DNA from: an uncultured virus (IMG/VR IMGVR_UViG_3300036715_000208)
Taxonomy: Duplodnaviria > Heunggongvirae > Uroviricota > Caudoviricetes
Length of the DNA stretch: 64,000 bases
Virus record (IMG/VR): IMGVR_UViG_3300036715_000208
Strand: one strand, 5' to 3'
Shown here: positions 26,256-38,900 of the stretch, in pieces
Layout: each line of letters starts with the position of its first letter
Numbering within the stretch: position 1 is the stretch's first letter
Made by a program: the position numbers and the translations under genes
Notes under the pieces: model-generated
The model's input: the letters and a program-made list of their open reading frames with translations, nothing else
Databases searched by the model: none
What the model was told of the DNA's origin: nothing

Positions 26256-26810
26256 ATTGACTCCAAGCGAAACAAGTCTGGCTACTTTCCGTTCCGAACA
26301 TCGGATCGGTGATACCCTCTCCCACCGAAGTGGGCTATCCGTTCATCACTTCGGGCGGATTGTTGGATATGCATGGATATGCAGACCAAGGAATCTCACA
26401 GAGCAGAGGGGGGTACGGGGGGGAACGCCAGACGCGCGCGTTAGGAGACACCCCCTCGTAAATTCCCGACCCCTACAGAGGTTTTACCCCTGAGGTTCTA
26501 TCTTATGAAACCCAGACACCCCCCGTTAGGGGGGGAGCTGGATAGATGGACCCAGGTGACAGACGGGGGAATGTCCCTGGGGCGGTATGGTTGACTGTCG
26601 GTCCTAGTCCCTAGGCACATTGTCACCCATAATGAAATGTCTTAATGGATTCTAAACTGAAGGGTCTACCCATGTATAGCCCCTAAGGGGTATACTTAGG
26701 TATATCCCCTTAGGGGGTATATTTCAATTTAGCTGTCCCTAACAGGTAGACAGCTTGCTGTTTCTTTAAGGTCTTTCCATAGACCGTGGAATAAAACATC
26801 TAGTTCTATC

Positions 26811-26838
26811 CTACGTTACGTCTCCTACTGGTTGTAAT
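26811..26838 (-). promoter_or_regulatory. candidate phage RNAP promoter, copy 3 (phiOR-like position)
   Basis: Minus strand ATTACAACCAGTAGGAGACGTAACGTAG. Confidence 0.6.
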
Positions 26839-26888
26839 TATGCATGAATATACAATTCAGTAATAACTCCTATAAGGCTGTCCTAGAC

Positions 26889-26932
26889 TTCCCAGGGTTC
26901 CCCCCACCATAGATAGGGGGAACCCAAGGGAA
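26889..26932 (-). terminator. GC-rich hairpin just after the giant gene
   Basis: gggttccccc-N11-gggggaaccc flanked by ttccc/gggaa; no clear U tract. Confidence 0.5.
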
Positions 26933-26936
26933 TGTC

Positions 26937-29900
26937 TTAGAAGAGATCTCTAAAGGTTTCCAAAGCCTTGTTAGGTAGATTCTCAGCTGGGGCTGAATAT
27001 AGATCGGGTAATCTAAATGTATCTGTCTTCTCATCAGATAGGGTCTTATAAGTATTTTGGATTACTTGTCTTGCAAGACTGCCTATGAATTGATAGGAGC
27101 CAAGCATAGGCATACCAGAAGCTAGACGTATAGTCAGGTCAATTGGTTTTTCTGTTGCTTCCTCCCAGATCCATTTATCTTTATTCTCCTCATCTTTTCT
27201 TCTGGCTAATGAATAGGTAACAGCTTCCATCATAAACAAACCAGCTAGGTGCTTTCCATAGCTGGCTGTTGAATAGCGTCTTCTTCTTCCAATCTCCTGT
27301 ACGGAGTGGCTTAGTAAGAATTGCATGAATACACCCATTGATTTTGCAAACGCAGATTGATTAATACGAAGATCCAACAGGGTTGGGTCAGTATTGGTTT
27401 GTCTTGCGGTAAAGTTAATGTATGCACCCATTCTATTGATGGTATCTATTTTTGTCTTATCGTCGCCAGCCCAGATATACAGCTTCTGTACATCTAGTAG
27501 ACCATCGGTATAGTTCCTTTGATCCTTAGCAGCTTCAATCATTAGCTTAACTAGCTCTGGATTTAATAGACCAGCGGTACTTAGGTTAAGTGCTTCTCTT
27601 GCTGCTAGACCACATCTCTTGGCAAGTTGGTTAAAGTCAGCTAGATTATCTAGAGAGGCAGTCTGCATCTTTTCAGCTAGCTTTAGGAATGTAGATGAGT
27701 TCTTCGTAAAGTTCTCCTGTGCATTCCAAACGTGTAAGGTTGTCGTGATGTCATTTACCCAAGCCAATGGAGCACCGAACCTACTAGCAACAATGCCTAG
27801 TCTGTTCATGCTTCTGTTGACTATACTAGTATCTGACTTGTTTATATCACCGACAGCTCTCCACTCTTCTGCCCATCTCTTACACCAACCACCCTGTCTT
27901 GTTCCAAGCATTGCTCCAGCAAATGGATTTTCAGGAAGAACTTCGGATCTTGACAACAGGTGATCTGATGACATGTTCCTTAACCAGTGAGTTGCACTGG
28001 ATACTTCTTGAATTGTTCTTCTCTTGTCTTTACTGAATAACTGCAATGTCTTTATTAGGTTTGGAATAACCTGCATTAAAGCTCCCTTGTGGTGATTGCT
28101 GGTTAGGATTGCCCTACCAACTTCACCTGTAGAAGTTAATGCAGCTCTGATTCCACTGGCTACAAGGACTGGAGTTCTACTGTTTGTTAGTAGATCTTCA
28201 TAAAATCTATCAAGACCATCCTTAGATCTAGACATCTTTCCGATGTGAGATTCCCAGATGTTCTTCATTCTATCGTATCCACGAACACGACTCTGTTGTT
28301 CTGATAGGGATAGGTTTGCCTTGTTTTGTGATTCTTCTCCGTACTTGGATAGGATTGCAACAAGATCAACCCAACTCATCTTTGTTCCAAAATGATCAGT
28401 AATATACTTGGTCATTAAAGTATCAGTAAGTTGTGAATGAATGTGTTGATTGATTAACTCATATACATTGTTCTGAAAATATCTAGAAAGATCTGGATTC
28501 ATTGCAATATCACTGTGAGATAAAATTCTTTCCTCACTGTAGTTTTTTCCACCTCCAACAGATTCAGATCTAGGCTTTCCAGTCTTACTATCTCCGTCTT
28601 CAATTCCAATGTAACGATCCTTTGCAATTGTCATAGACTGCTTTACAGCCGTATAGTCTGGACCTCGTCCAGCATACAATCTCTTATAGGAATCAATATA
28701 ATCTTTTGAAGACTCAAGACCATCAGAGTGTTTACCCTGATCTTCTAATGAGAGTTTAGTAATAGAATCTTTTCCAAACAGTTCTTTTGTTTTTCCATTC
28801 CACTCCATTACTCCACTTCCAAGTACAGCAAGCGGTGAGTCTTCAGGAATTTCAATTCTAACAATATTATCAGTAGAACCTTGTTCTCTTGTAATCTTAA
28901 GCCAACCAAGAGCATCTGCGGTAACCACAGATATCTCATTGTTTTCCCTAGTCTTCTTTAGAACGTGGTCTGTTAGTGCTTTTACAAAACCTTCCTGATC
29001 CCTAACAGCAAGATTATTAATCTTGTGAATAGTTCCATACTTAAGTGGATCCATAGGTTGAAGAAGGTTTCCATACTTGTTTAAGGTTTCTCCCATTACA
29101 GTATTGTACTTTTGAATTCCTTGAATAAGCTCAGTTATTAATTCCCTATTAGGAATTCCTTCTGGTAGCTTATCAAGATCAGCTGAGTACTTCCACGCCA
29201 TGTTATTAATTTCTGATATCTCTCCAGCATTCTTTACAGTTGAATTAATCTTATTCTTTATTGCAAGAAGACCAGATCTACTGTACATGTTTGTTGATTC
29301 TGCAATAAGCATATCCATAGAGAATAGATTAAATGTTCCTTCAACCTCTCCGTTTCGTAGATCCATTGTTGGATCTAGAATTTTACTTAGGAATTGAAGA
29401 CCCATCGAGCTACTGTCGGCAGTATCGCCATATCTAGACGCTCCTCCGATTCTTGAGTTAACTCCCTTACCAACTACTGAGTTACTGAAAGTAGAGAAGA
29501 CACCAGCTGTGCTGTTTCTATCTCCTACTGACTTTGCAATTGTTGGCATCAATACATCAAGAACAAATGAACGACGATCATCCTCAGATAGATCCCTATA
29601 GGATTTACCCTTGAACTTTGTTGTTATATTTGTTGGTATGTTCTTACTTCCAATTCCCATTCTACCATTTATATGGGACATGTTACTTCTTTGGAATGCA
29701 GAAACACCCTTGATCATTGAGGTCATTACATCAAGATCTTCTGGCTCAGTCTCTTCGTTAAGTTTCATCTCAAGAAGATCTCTTCTTCTAACAGAAGCTG
29801 AATCAATAAGAGTTGATAGATCTGCTTCAAGTTTTGTGGTAGAAGTTCCAGCAGCCTTTGCTGAAGCAATACCTTCCCTTATAGCTGTCTCTGCTCTCTT

Positions 29901-32900
29901 CTGATTTAGAATACGCATATGACCAGGTGCTTTATCAAACTCAATTGCTTCGGGAGATTTCATAATATTCATTTCAGCACGAATAGTCCACTGACTGTGT
30001 GGCAGTGTCTTGCCACCCTCAGTTGCTTGATCAACTAAATTTTCTACGCAAATAGCCCACATAGAACTATCAAATTTCTTTTCACTAGGTGTTTGAAGAA
30101 TTCTTGATAAACTGTCAATACTAATAGCACTGGGTAGATATAGTGCATCCTCTCTAACAACATCCGATGCTTTTTCTCTAGAGTATCCAAAGTCCATTAA
30201 AGCTTGTATTATGTTCTCTGAAGGAATAGAAGCCCATGATTGGGTATGTGAATTCTTAACAACAAGAACATTCTTTTTTGGAGCAGCAAGATACGCAGAA
30301 ATAATTGGTGTACTAGAGTGGTAATCTCTTGCAACGTTAATATTCTCTCCCCAGAATCTTATACCCTTATCTGTGGTCGATACAAGATCAACAGGAACAG
30401 TTCCTCTTTGACCCCTGTGGAATAGAACAGGAATTCCATAATCATTCTTCCACATAATGTCATTACCTTCTGCATCTGTGAAGAACTCTTTAAACTTTAC
30501 TACTCGCTGTTCGTTACTAAGTTTAATAGGAGACAAATCACGATATATTGCAGCAACTACTTTAAAGGCTTCAACTCTAAGATAGGGACTTGACAGGGAT
30601 CTACTAGACAGCCACGCTCTAATATATGGTTTTGCTTTATCGAATGTATCTACTTTAGTATCTTTAATAACCTCTCGTAGTGCATAGATACTTTTTTCAG
30701 TATGCCCCGATACAGCCAGACTATCATTGCTTTTTTTGAGTGCTTTTTCAAAAATAGCATCAGCTATAGCCGATGGTGGTTTCGTTGTATCTTTTACTAT
30801 TACATCATGAAAAAATTTAGTAAGAATATCTTCAGTTTTAAGTGTATTATTTTCTATAATATATTTTATAAAAACACTAAGCTGTTGATCTGGAAAAGTT
30901 TGTACAAGAAAAGTAGCTAATGCTCCCTCGGCACTATTCAGACCATCATAACCATAAGTAAAGTTATGTGGGTAGTTTAAATACAAAGTACGTAATGATT
31001 CTAGGGTATGGTTTGATTCTATTTTTTTAAACGTAGATAACGAAGGGGTAGTTTGTTTCTCTCCGTTATAAAGCATAAGTAAAGCTGACCATATTTTAGT
31101 AAACTGTTCTTCAACACTTTGATATTTTACAGTCTTAATTGAAGTTTTAATATTACTCATATCTACGTTAGAATCAAAAGCAGAGTACATAAAGTTTGCA
31201 AGAGTAGAATCATATGAATCCAATCCATTAATGATTTTTACTTGTCCAGCTTTTGGAAACTTATCTTGAAATTCTTTAAATGCACTTTTTGGATCTACCG
31301 TATTAGGATCAAACTTAGGAAGTTTTGTTACAGGAGTTTGTTGTGAAGAATTAACATCTTCACCTTGAATAGCCTTATTAAGTTTTGCACCTATTACCTT
31401 GTACTCTAATGCCCACCACGCTTCTTTCATCTTTACATCTACAGCGTATGTTGTTCCCTTTAGCCATTCAACATAGAAGGTGTCGGAGTCTCGAATAATT
31501 TTTTCAATGATATCAGAATGTACTGTAAGGTTTTCTTTTTCTAAGAAAGTTACAATTGAAGCAAGAGCTTGAAGAGACTGAGATTGAAGACCCTTTGGCT
31601 TTTCCCCTGTTTGAATATAACCATATATTTTTTGAACTGCAGGATTTTGAATTGCTGCAAGTAACAAAGCTGAGTCGAATTTAAATACGTTTAAACTAGT
31701 ACCATCTAATAAACCACTTTCAACGCTTGCTGTAAGCTTAACACCGTTTAGTTTACCAGGTTCTTCTATTTTTTCTAAGACCTTTAATCCAACTTGTTTA
31801 TAGAGAGGCTGTATTAGACTTTGAAGAATTGGATTTCCAATTGCCTTTGTAGGATTACTTGTAATCCAGGCCTTTACGAGTGTGTTAAAATCTTTAAAAG
31901 TATCTAAAAGAATCTTTGTAACATTGTCTGGATTATCAAGTAAGTTGTTTTTATTTAAATAATAAAGTACATTTCCCATAAATATTCGTTTAGCGTCTGA
32001 AACTGAATTAGAATATCCTAAAGTATCATCTGTTGAAACACTAATAATCTGTTCCATAGTTTCTTTTGAAACTGGAGAATTGTATATATAGTTTGTTTTT
32101 GAGAATAGATTGTGATTTGGAAAACCAGCTTCAAGTTCATCCTTTAACACAGTTTTAACAGACTCTAGTTGTTTAAAACCCACACTAGGAGACTGATCTA
32201 CTAGGTGATTTACAGCAGAACTTAAAGTATTAGTCCAGTTTGCAAAACCAATATTAGTTTTTTCCTTTACAGCTAGATCTACAAAAGACTTTATTAGTTC
32301 GTCTGTAGTAACATTATAAGCTTCACTTACTAATACTATACTTCTTGCTATTTTCCATGTGGTAGCGTTCATACTTGCAACGTGTAAGTATGTAATAGCA
32401 CCCTTTTCAAAAAGATCATCTATAACAATTTTAACTTGTTCTGTAGGAGTGCCTTTAAATTTATTAGCTATATCTATAGATATCGCTTTATCTGTTTGAC
32501 CTATAAATTTTACTCCTAAGTATTCTTTATCAGTAAACAGATTTGAGATAGTAAGATATATCTGTGAAACAGTATGATTAATTCCGTGTTCTTTTGATAT
32601 CCGCAGCCGACTAAAATCATTTTCTAGTGCTGAATTAATAACAGAAGAAACCTCAGATGTAGTAGTACTAATACTATTAACTACTTTGTTTTCTCCCTTT
32701 AGGACATTAGCAACAATATAATCTCTACGTTGTTTTAATATGCTACTTAATTCAAGTGCTTCCTTTGGATCACTGATAACACTATTAATTAAGTTATCAA
32801 TTACACCATCTGACATTGTTTCTCTAAGATTTTTAGCTTGATCAACTATCTTGACATCAGATAGAGTTTCAAACATACGAGCTGTAGATGGATTGGTTTG

Positions 32901-35900
32901 ATCATTTCTAAATGATTTTAATTCTCCAACAACTGGTCCAAACTTATCTCCTTTTGGCGCACCTTGTGCTCTCCACTTAAGAGATCCTCCAGTATCTAAT
33001 ACGCGCCCATGTGCATCCATGTTGTCAAACATGAATCCTGGGCCTCCACCAATATCCCAGTTAGCTAGCCAAGCTGATGCAATAAATACATCATGACCTT
33101 TGATAACGTGGTCTATATTATTCATATCGTATTTTTCTACATCAGAAAGCCAACTGGATAAAAGGATTGGACCCTTTAAACCAAACGCTGGTTCTTTAGA
33201 TATATTAGAATATACCGATGTGTGACCAAGAGATATATACATTAGTTGAGCAAGAACTTCATTCTCAGCGTGACTAAGACTCTTTGCTTCTTTAGCGTAA
33301 TAGAGAATATTATTTTCATCGCTTAGTTGTTTTGCTTTATTTGAACCAAGCTGGCCTCCAATGATTTTAAACTTAGATTCATCTAGTTCACGAATGTGTA
33401 CAGAGTATTGATTTAAAACCTGCATTTTCTTATAGACTCGTCCCTTACTTGCCTTAAGATCATCTCTTAATTTAAGTTGAGTAGTTACCTCAGGTGGAAC
33501 AAACAAGGCTTGATTAAAGATAACAGGAGTAGTCCTAGGATCTTTACCACTGTTTACAAAACTCGAAAGAGGGTTAATAGTGTTGTTTTGTCCTAGTCTA
33601 AATAAGACTGTTCCGCGTTCAGAGCTTGTAACGTAAGGAAGAAAATCACTAAGACCAGTAATCATAGATGCTGCCACCAAACGGTTCTCTGGATCCATAA
33701 TAGTTTCAATTGTTGAAACTTGAATAGACTTGAGCAATTTAGTAGAGGCTATCTGTAGAGATTGTGGAGTTACTTTAATTTCAGCTGCTTCTATTATAGC
33801 TGAAAAAAAATCTTTAAATGCGTTCTTATCTGTTATCTGATTATCTGAAATGATTGACATCTGACTTATAAATGCTGGTTCTGTCATTCCTTCTGATACA
33901 AACTCATGTAAATTTAATCCACCATAGTATAGATTTATACCTTCAGAACCCCAAGTGGTTGTTAGTTCATTACCAAAATTAGTGAAATCATTAACATATT
34001 GTCTTAGTTCAACTGGTAAAAGACCAGAATCAATATATCTAATATATGCAATGAATAATTTCCTTAGTGAAGGTGGCATTCTAACATCAGTAGATAATGC
34101 ACTTTTAATAGCATCTATATAATTTTCACCACTCAGCTCTGAAAATCCTTTATAGTCCTCATATGTCCTAATTCGTTCTGAGGTAAGAGCGTGAAAAATT
34201 TCATGTAATACGTCCGATTCACGCATAGTTTTATGTGCAACCAGGCCTATTATTCTTAGTTCATTAAAGAAAGCAGCAAGACCGACTTTATCATTTGCAG
34301 CCATTACAAGAATATCCTTAAGCATTTCTTGTACACCATCAATCTTCTTAAGTTCATTAACAAGCTTTGAATAATTATGATTATATGTAGATAGTGCGTC
34401 TAGTAATTCAGATCCATTCTTTATGTTTCCATATATTACATCCGACATTACTTTTCTAAACTCAACAGACTCGGTAGTACGAATAGAATTAATTTCACTA
34501 AGCAGCTCTGGCTTAATTGGTTCTGTTCTTCCACTTTCCATATATCCAGATACTATAGAATCAAGGTGATTAAATGCTTCTTCTAGTGATCCTTGGTTTA
34601 GAACAGTAGTTGTATTTTTATCTTTTAAATTCAACTCACCAGACATAATAACATTCGCCGCCTCACTATAGCCACGCAGTCTAAGCTCATTAGCAAAGTT
34701 TTGAAGTTCAGATCTTAGTTCTATTTCCCAGCTTACTACATTCTTTTCAGTAAGCATATCAAGACCTAGCATGTTTGCACGTAGGTTAAATGCACTTCTT
34801 AGGTTGTCTTCCCTGTTTCCAGGCAACCAATAGGTAGCTCTTCTTGCTGCAAAGTATTCAGCTAGCTGAGTCTTTCCATTTTTAATTAGTTGTTCGTGTA
34901 GAATACCAGCAGTAAATGTAAGTAATGCACTCTCATTGTTAGCTGCAAAGTTACTCATTGACTTAGTATCTCTACCACTAGATGTCATTTGCTCGCCAAT
35001 AGATATTTCATCTCCGTCCCTGTTCATTTGAACAAGTCCGCGTATCTTCTTCTTGGTTCCTCTGGATCCTTCATTGGCATCTAGATTCTTAATAACCCCT
35101 CTAACATACTTCTTAGCAACTGCATCGTTACGAAGATCAAGCTCACCGTATGAGTCTTCACCAGAAGCCCAAGCTAAGAATATATCTTTTGGATTGTCTG
35201 TATCCCTAGCTCCAAGCCTTATGGCAACATCTCTCATAGTTTGTGGTGATCCTTCAAGCTCATTCAGAAGATCCGTAATATCAATATTCTCTCTGTCCTT
35301 AGCATAAAAGATATCAGAAAGTTTAGAATATGTTTTTATGTTAGATACTTCAAATAAAGAATTAGCTTTAGCAAGTTCAATCGAACCATGATCTACTACT
35401 GATTCTCCAAGTCTACCAATACTTACTCTATTACGGCTGTTCTCAAATCTAGTTACAAAGGCTTTTCTTCCGTTGTAGTTTTTAATAAGTTGCTTATCTT
35501 CAATAGTTTGGTTTTTCTTTTCCCTAGCAGTTTCGTAGAAAGATTTATTATCTTCTAGATACTTAATACCACTCTCATAGTTTACTGCGTTATCTTTTAC
35601 AAAGGATGATGCCTTATTAAACTCAGCTATCTCTAGTTGATTTCTAATGTGCTTATCACCTAGTAAGAATAAGCTTATCTTATCTTCTGGTATACCAGTT
35701 GCAATAGACATAGCGGATATGTTTTCAGGAGTTGGTTCTCTTAGAGCAACCTCAACTTCTTTCATATCGCTTAATCTTAAGACATCTTCTCTTACAATAG
35801 CAAACGCCTCTAAGGTGGCATCGTCAAGTCCAACTAACCCATCAAGTGTTTCTCTTGCAATTACATTCTTAAGCTCTGCTATTAGATATGTGAGGGGTGG

Positions 35901-38900
35901 TCTTGGTGCTGTGGGGTCATTAGTCTCTTGAAATTTCTTCCAAGCTTCAAGCAATGCTGGAATTCCTTCTGTATTGTTTCTTACAAATACAACCAGATCA
36001 TCTAATTGAGTTTTAGATGCAATACTAAGTTCGCTTCCAATTTCCTTTGCGGTTTTTTGGATTGTTCTTAGTCTTCTGATGGTAGTATTAATTCCAAGTT
36101 CTTGTGGAGTTCTTGTTGGATCTTCCTCAAGATTAATTGCCTCTCTTGATAATACCTTGTCAGCCGAAGATTCTTCCTTGGGCAATAGTAAATCAGCTAC
36201 GGCAGCTACCGAAGTTATATCAGTAGCTTCTTCTAGAGTTCTTGCAACATCAGCTGCAGTCTCAGCAGTAGCTCTTGTCTCTTCTCTCTCAATTGCTCTC
36301 AGTGTTGCGGTAGTTGCTTCTGTTCCTGTAAGGTGTACGGGAAGACCAGCTCCATCAACAAATCCAGTTGGTGTTTCTAATTCATCTAGAGTAGACATAA
36401 TTTCTTCTGATGAAATAACTTCTACCTTTGGTTCAGATGTCTTTACTCTTCTATTCATTTCAGAGATAGCCATATCTCTTGTTACAGATCTTGTTATCTT
36501 CTTTAATTCTAACTTATTAGTTGTGGTATTAAAGTCTGGCTTATAACTTAAAGTTACATCGTATACACCAAGGTGTTCTTCGTTTGCTAGGTTTAGAAGT
36601 ATATCATCTGAAATCTTTTTCATATCACTAGGGAGTGCAATATCAAGTAAAGATAGATTTAACTTTACTGGATTCTTTGCCGCACGTTCTCCTTCAACTG
36701 CTATTGCTTTTAGGGAAGATACAACAGCATCCTTTGTAAGACCAGCAGTTAGTGCTAATCTTATAAGCTTCTTGGTTGGAGAACCAACCACAGCAGACTT
36801 AATATCTTCAATCAGTTTTGTAACTGAGATTCTTTTTGCAGCTGATCCAGCAATTACTGGATCGTTCTTAAGCCTAGCCTCAGCTCTTGACTTCTGTAGC
36901 TTTGCTTTATAATCATTGAACTGTGCTTCTCCTAGAATCTCAGCTCCAATGGCATTTCTTTGTTCTAACGGAAGTTGTGCAAAGATTCTTCTATAAGATA
37001 CATCGAAGAATTCGCTGATCTTATCGTTGTTTCTATTCATAAACTTCTCATAGACAGATACTGATTCTGGTGTCATTTCAAGACCAGCTTCTAATGCTTC
37101 CTGTGACTTGAACTGCTCTCCTAGGTTTCCTGAGTGATCTCCAAGTCTATGAAACAGACGCTGAATTGCAGTGCTAGGGGCTTTGCCCTTACCAGACATT
37201 AGGTTCTTTACAAACGTAGCCCACCCATTAGCAAACTTTTCCTCAGCCTTTATGATTTTGTTAATCTTGTTCTGAGCTTCAGCTTTAAGTTCGGGTGTTT
37301 CACCTTCCTTAGCTTGCTTCTCAAGGATAGCAAACTCTGGATCAGTAGACCAAATCTCCTCTTCATTACCAACCCAATCAGTGAACTTCTTCCACTCTGA
37401 GTCAGTAATTCCTACGGCATGTCTTGCCTTTACAGCTTCTTCAGACCTACCAATGAATGTAAATCTATGGTAGTGGCCCATCTCATGAGCAATACTACCT
37501 AGATCTGATTCCTTAGTTGATTGAATTAGTGCTCTTGTTCCACTTAAGACAATGTTTGCCGTTGCTTTCTCATCAATAGTTCCAGCAGCACTCTTTATGA
37601 TTCTCATTAGGTGATCTTCTGGAGAAAATCCTAATGTCCTCATAATAATACTAGAAACAGTTGCTTCTTTTTTATTCATTCCAAATACAGAAGCGATTGA
37701 TTCAATGCTTGGATCCTTTGCCTTATTGAAAACATCATCAAAGATAAACTCAACTTGCTTTCGCTTTGCTGCGTCTTTAATCTTTGACACTTCTTTCTTA
37801 ACTTTTTCCTTAAGACTACTAACCCATACCTCATGAATCTTTTCTTTAGCTGCTTCCATATTCTCAGTAAACTTACTCATTGTAGTAATGTTATCTGGTG
37901 TATATGACGCATTATTTTTAACATCAAGTTCAACACGAACTCTACTTCCATCTCTTTTTAGTTCAGATTCTGGAGTAGCAACTAATCTTCTCTTTGATCT
38001 AACTACCTCATTAGTAGCTGGGTCAAACATAATAGCAAATGTTGGATCATTTGTATCGGTTGCATCTGTTAAGTAATGTAATTTCTTTTTTCCCTCTTCT
38101 TCTTTAGTGCCAAGCCCAAGAGCTGATCTAAAGATTTGCTTTGCAGTTTCAGTTGGGATTACTCTTCCACCAATATTGACTTCTGGATCTGTAGAAGACA
38201 TTATTGATTGTAATAGTTTAGATACATTTGCTTCATCAGTATTTCCAGCAAGATATCCTGCTGTTGTTTTGTATGTACTGAAGTCTGCATTATCCATGAT
38301 ATCAAGTCTTCTACCAAGCAGTCCTTCGGCTTCAGATAAAATGTCTGAACCAGTAAGTCCAATCTGTTCAACTCTTCTATCTAAGATCTTAGTATCAAGC
38401 AATCTACTGATGTGTCTAACTCTAAGTTCTTGAGAAGCATTCTTTACAGCTCCAGTTAGATCAGTAAGGAGTCTACCTTCTGAGTTGGCTTGAAGTGGAA
38501 ACATCCCGCTGTTGTTTGAGAACTCTCTATAACTGTTAATAGTTTTAACAGCATCGTCGTAACTGAGATTGTGTTCATCTAAGAACTTCTTATCCAGAAG
38601 TTGCATAAACATTGTACTCATGTGTGGATCAACACCAGCAACTCTACGCATTGCAGCTTCTCCTGCAATTCCAGTTGCCTTCTCTAGGGCATCTGCAACC
38701 TTGAGTGCTTCTACAGTATCTAGGTTCATCTTAGCAGCAATGGTAGAATCAAGCCGTCCAAATAGACGATCTCCATTCAACATTATATTTGTAAAGTTTC
38801 TTCCATCTTTACCAGCCATGTATCTATCAATTGAATTTCCAAAAGCAATACCTCGACCGTCACTGAGTTCTTCTCCGTAAACGATCAAACCTTCTTTGGT

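Larger units (their letters stand above)
26260..26936. other. non-coding region containing the probable genome terminus / terminal repeat
   Basis: Lies between the last late gene and the first early gene; G/C runs, palindromes, promoter copy 3. Confidence 0.65.
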
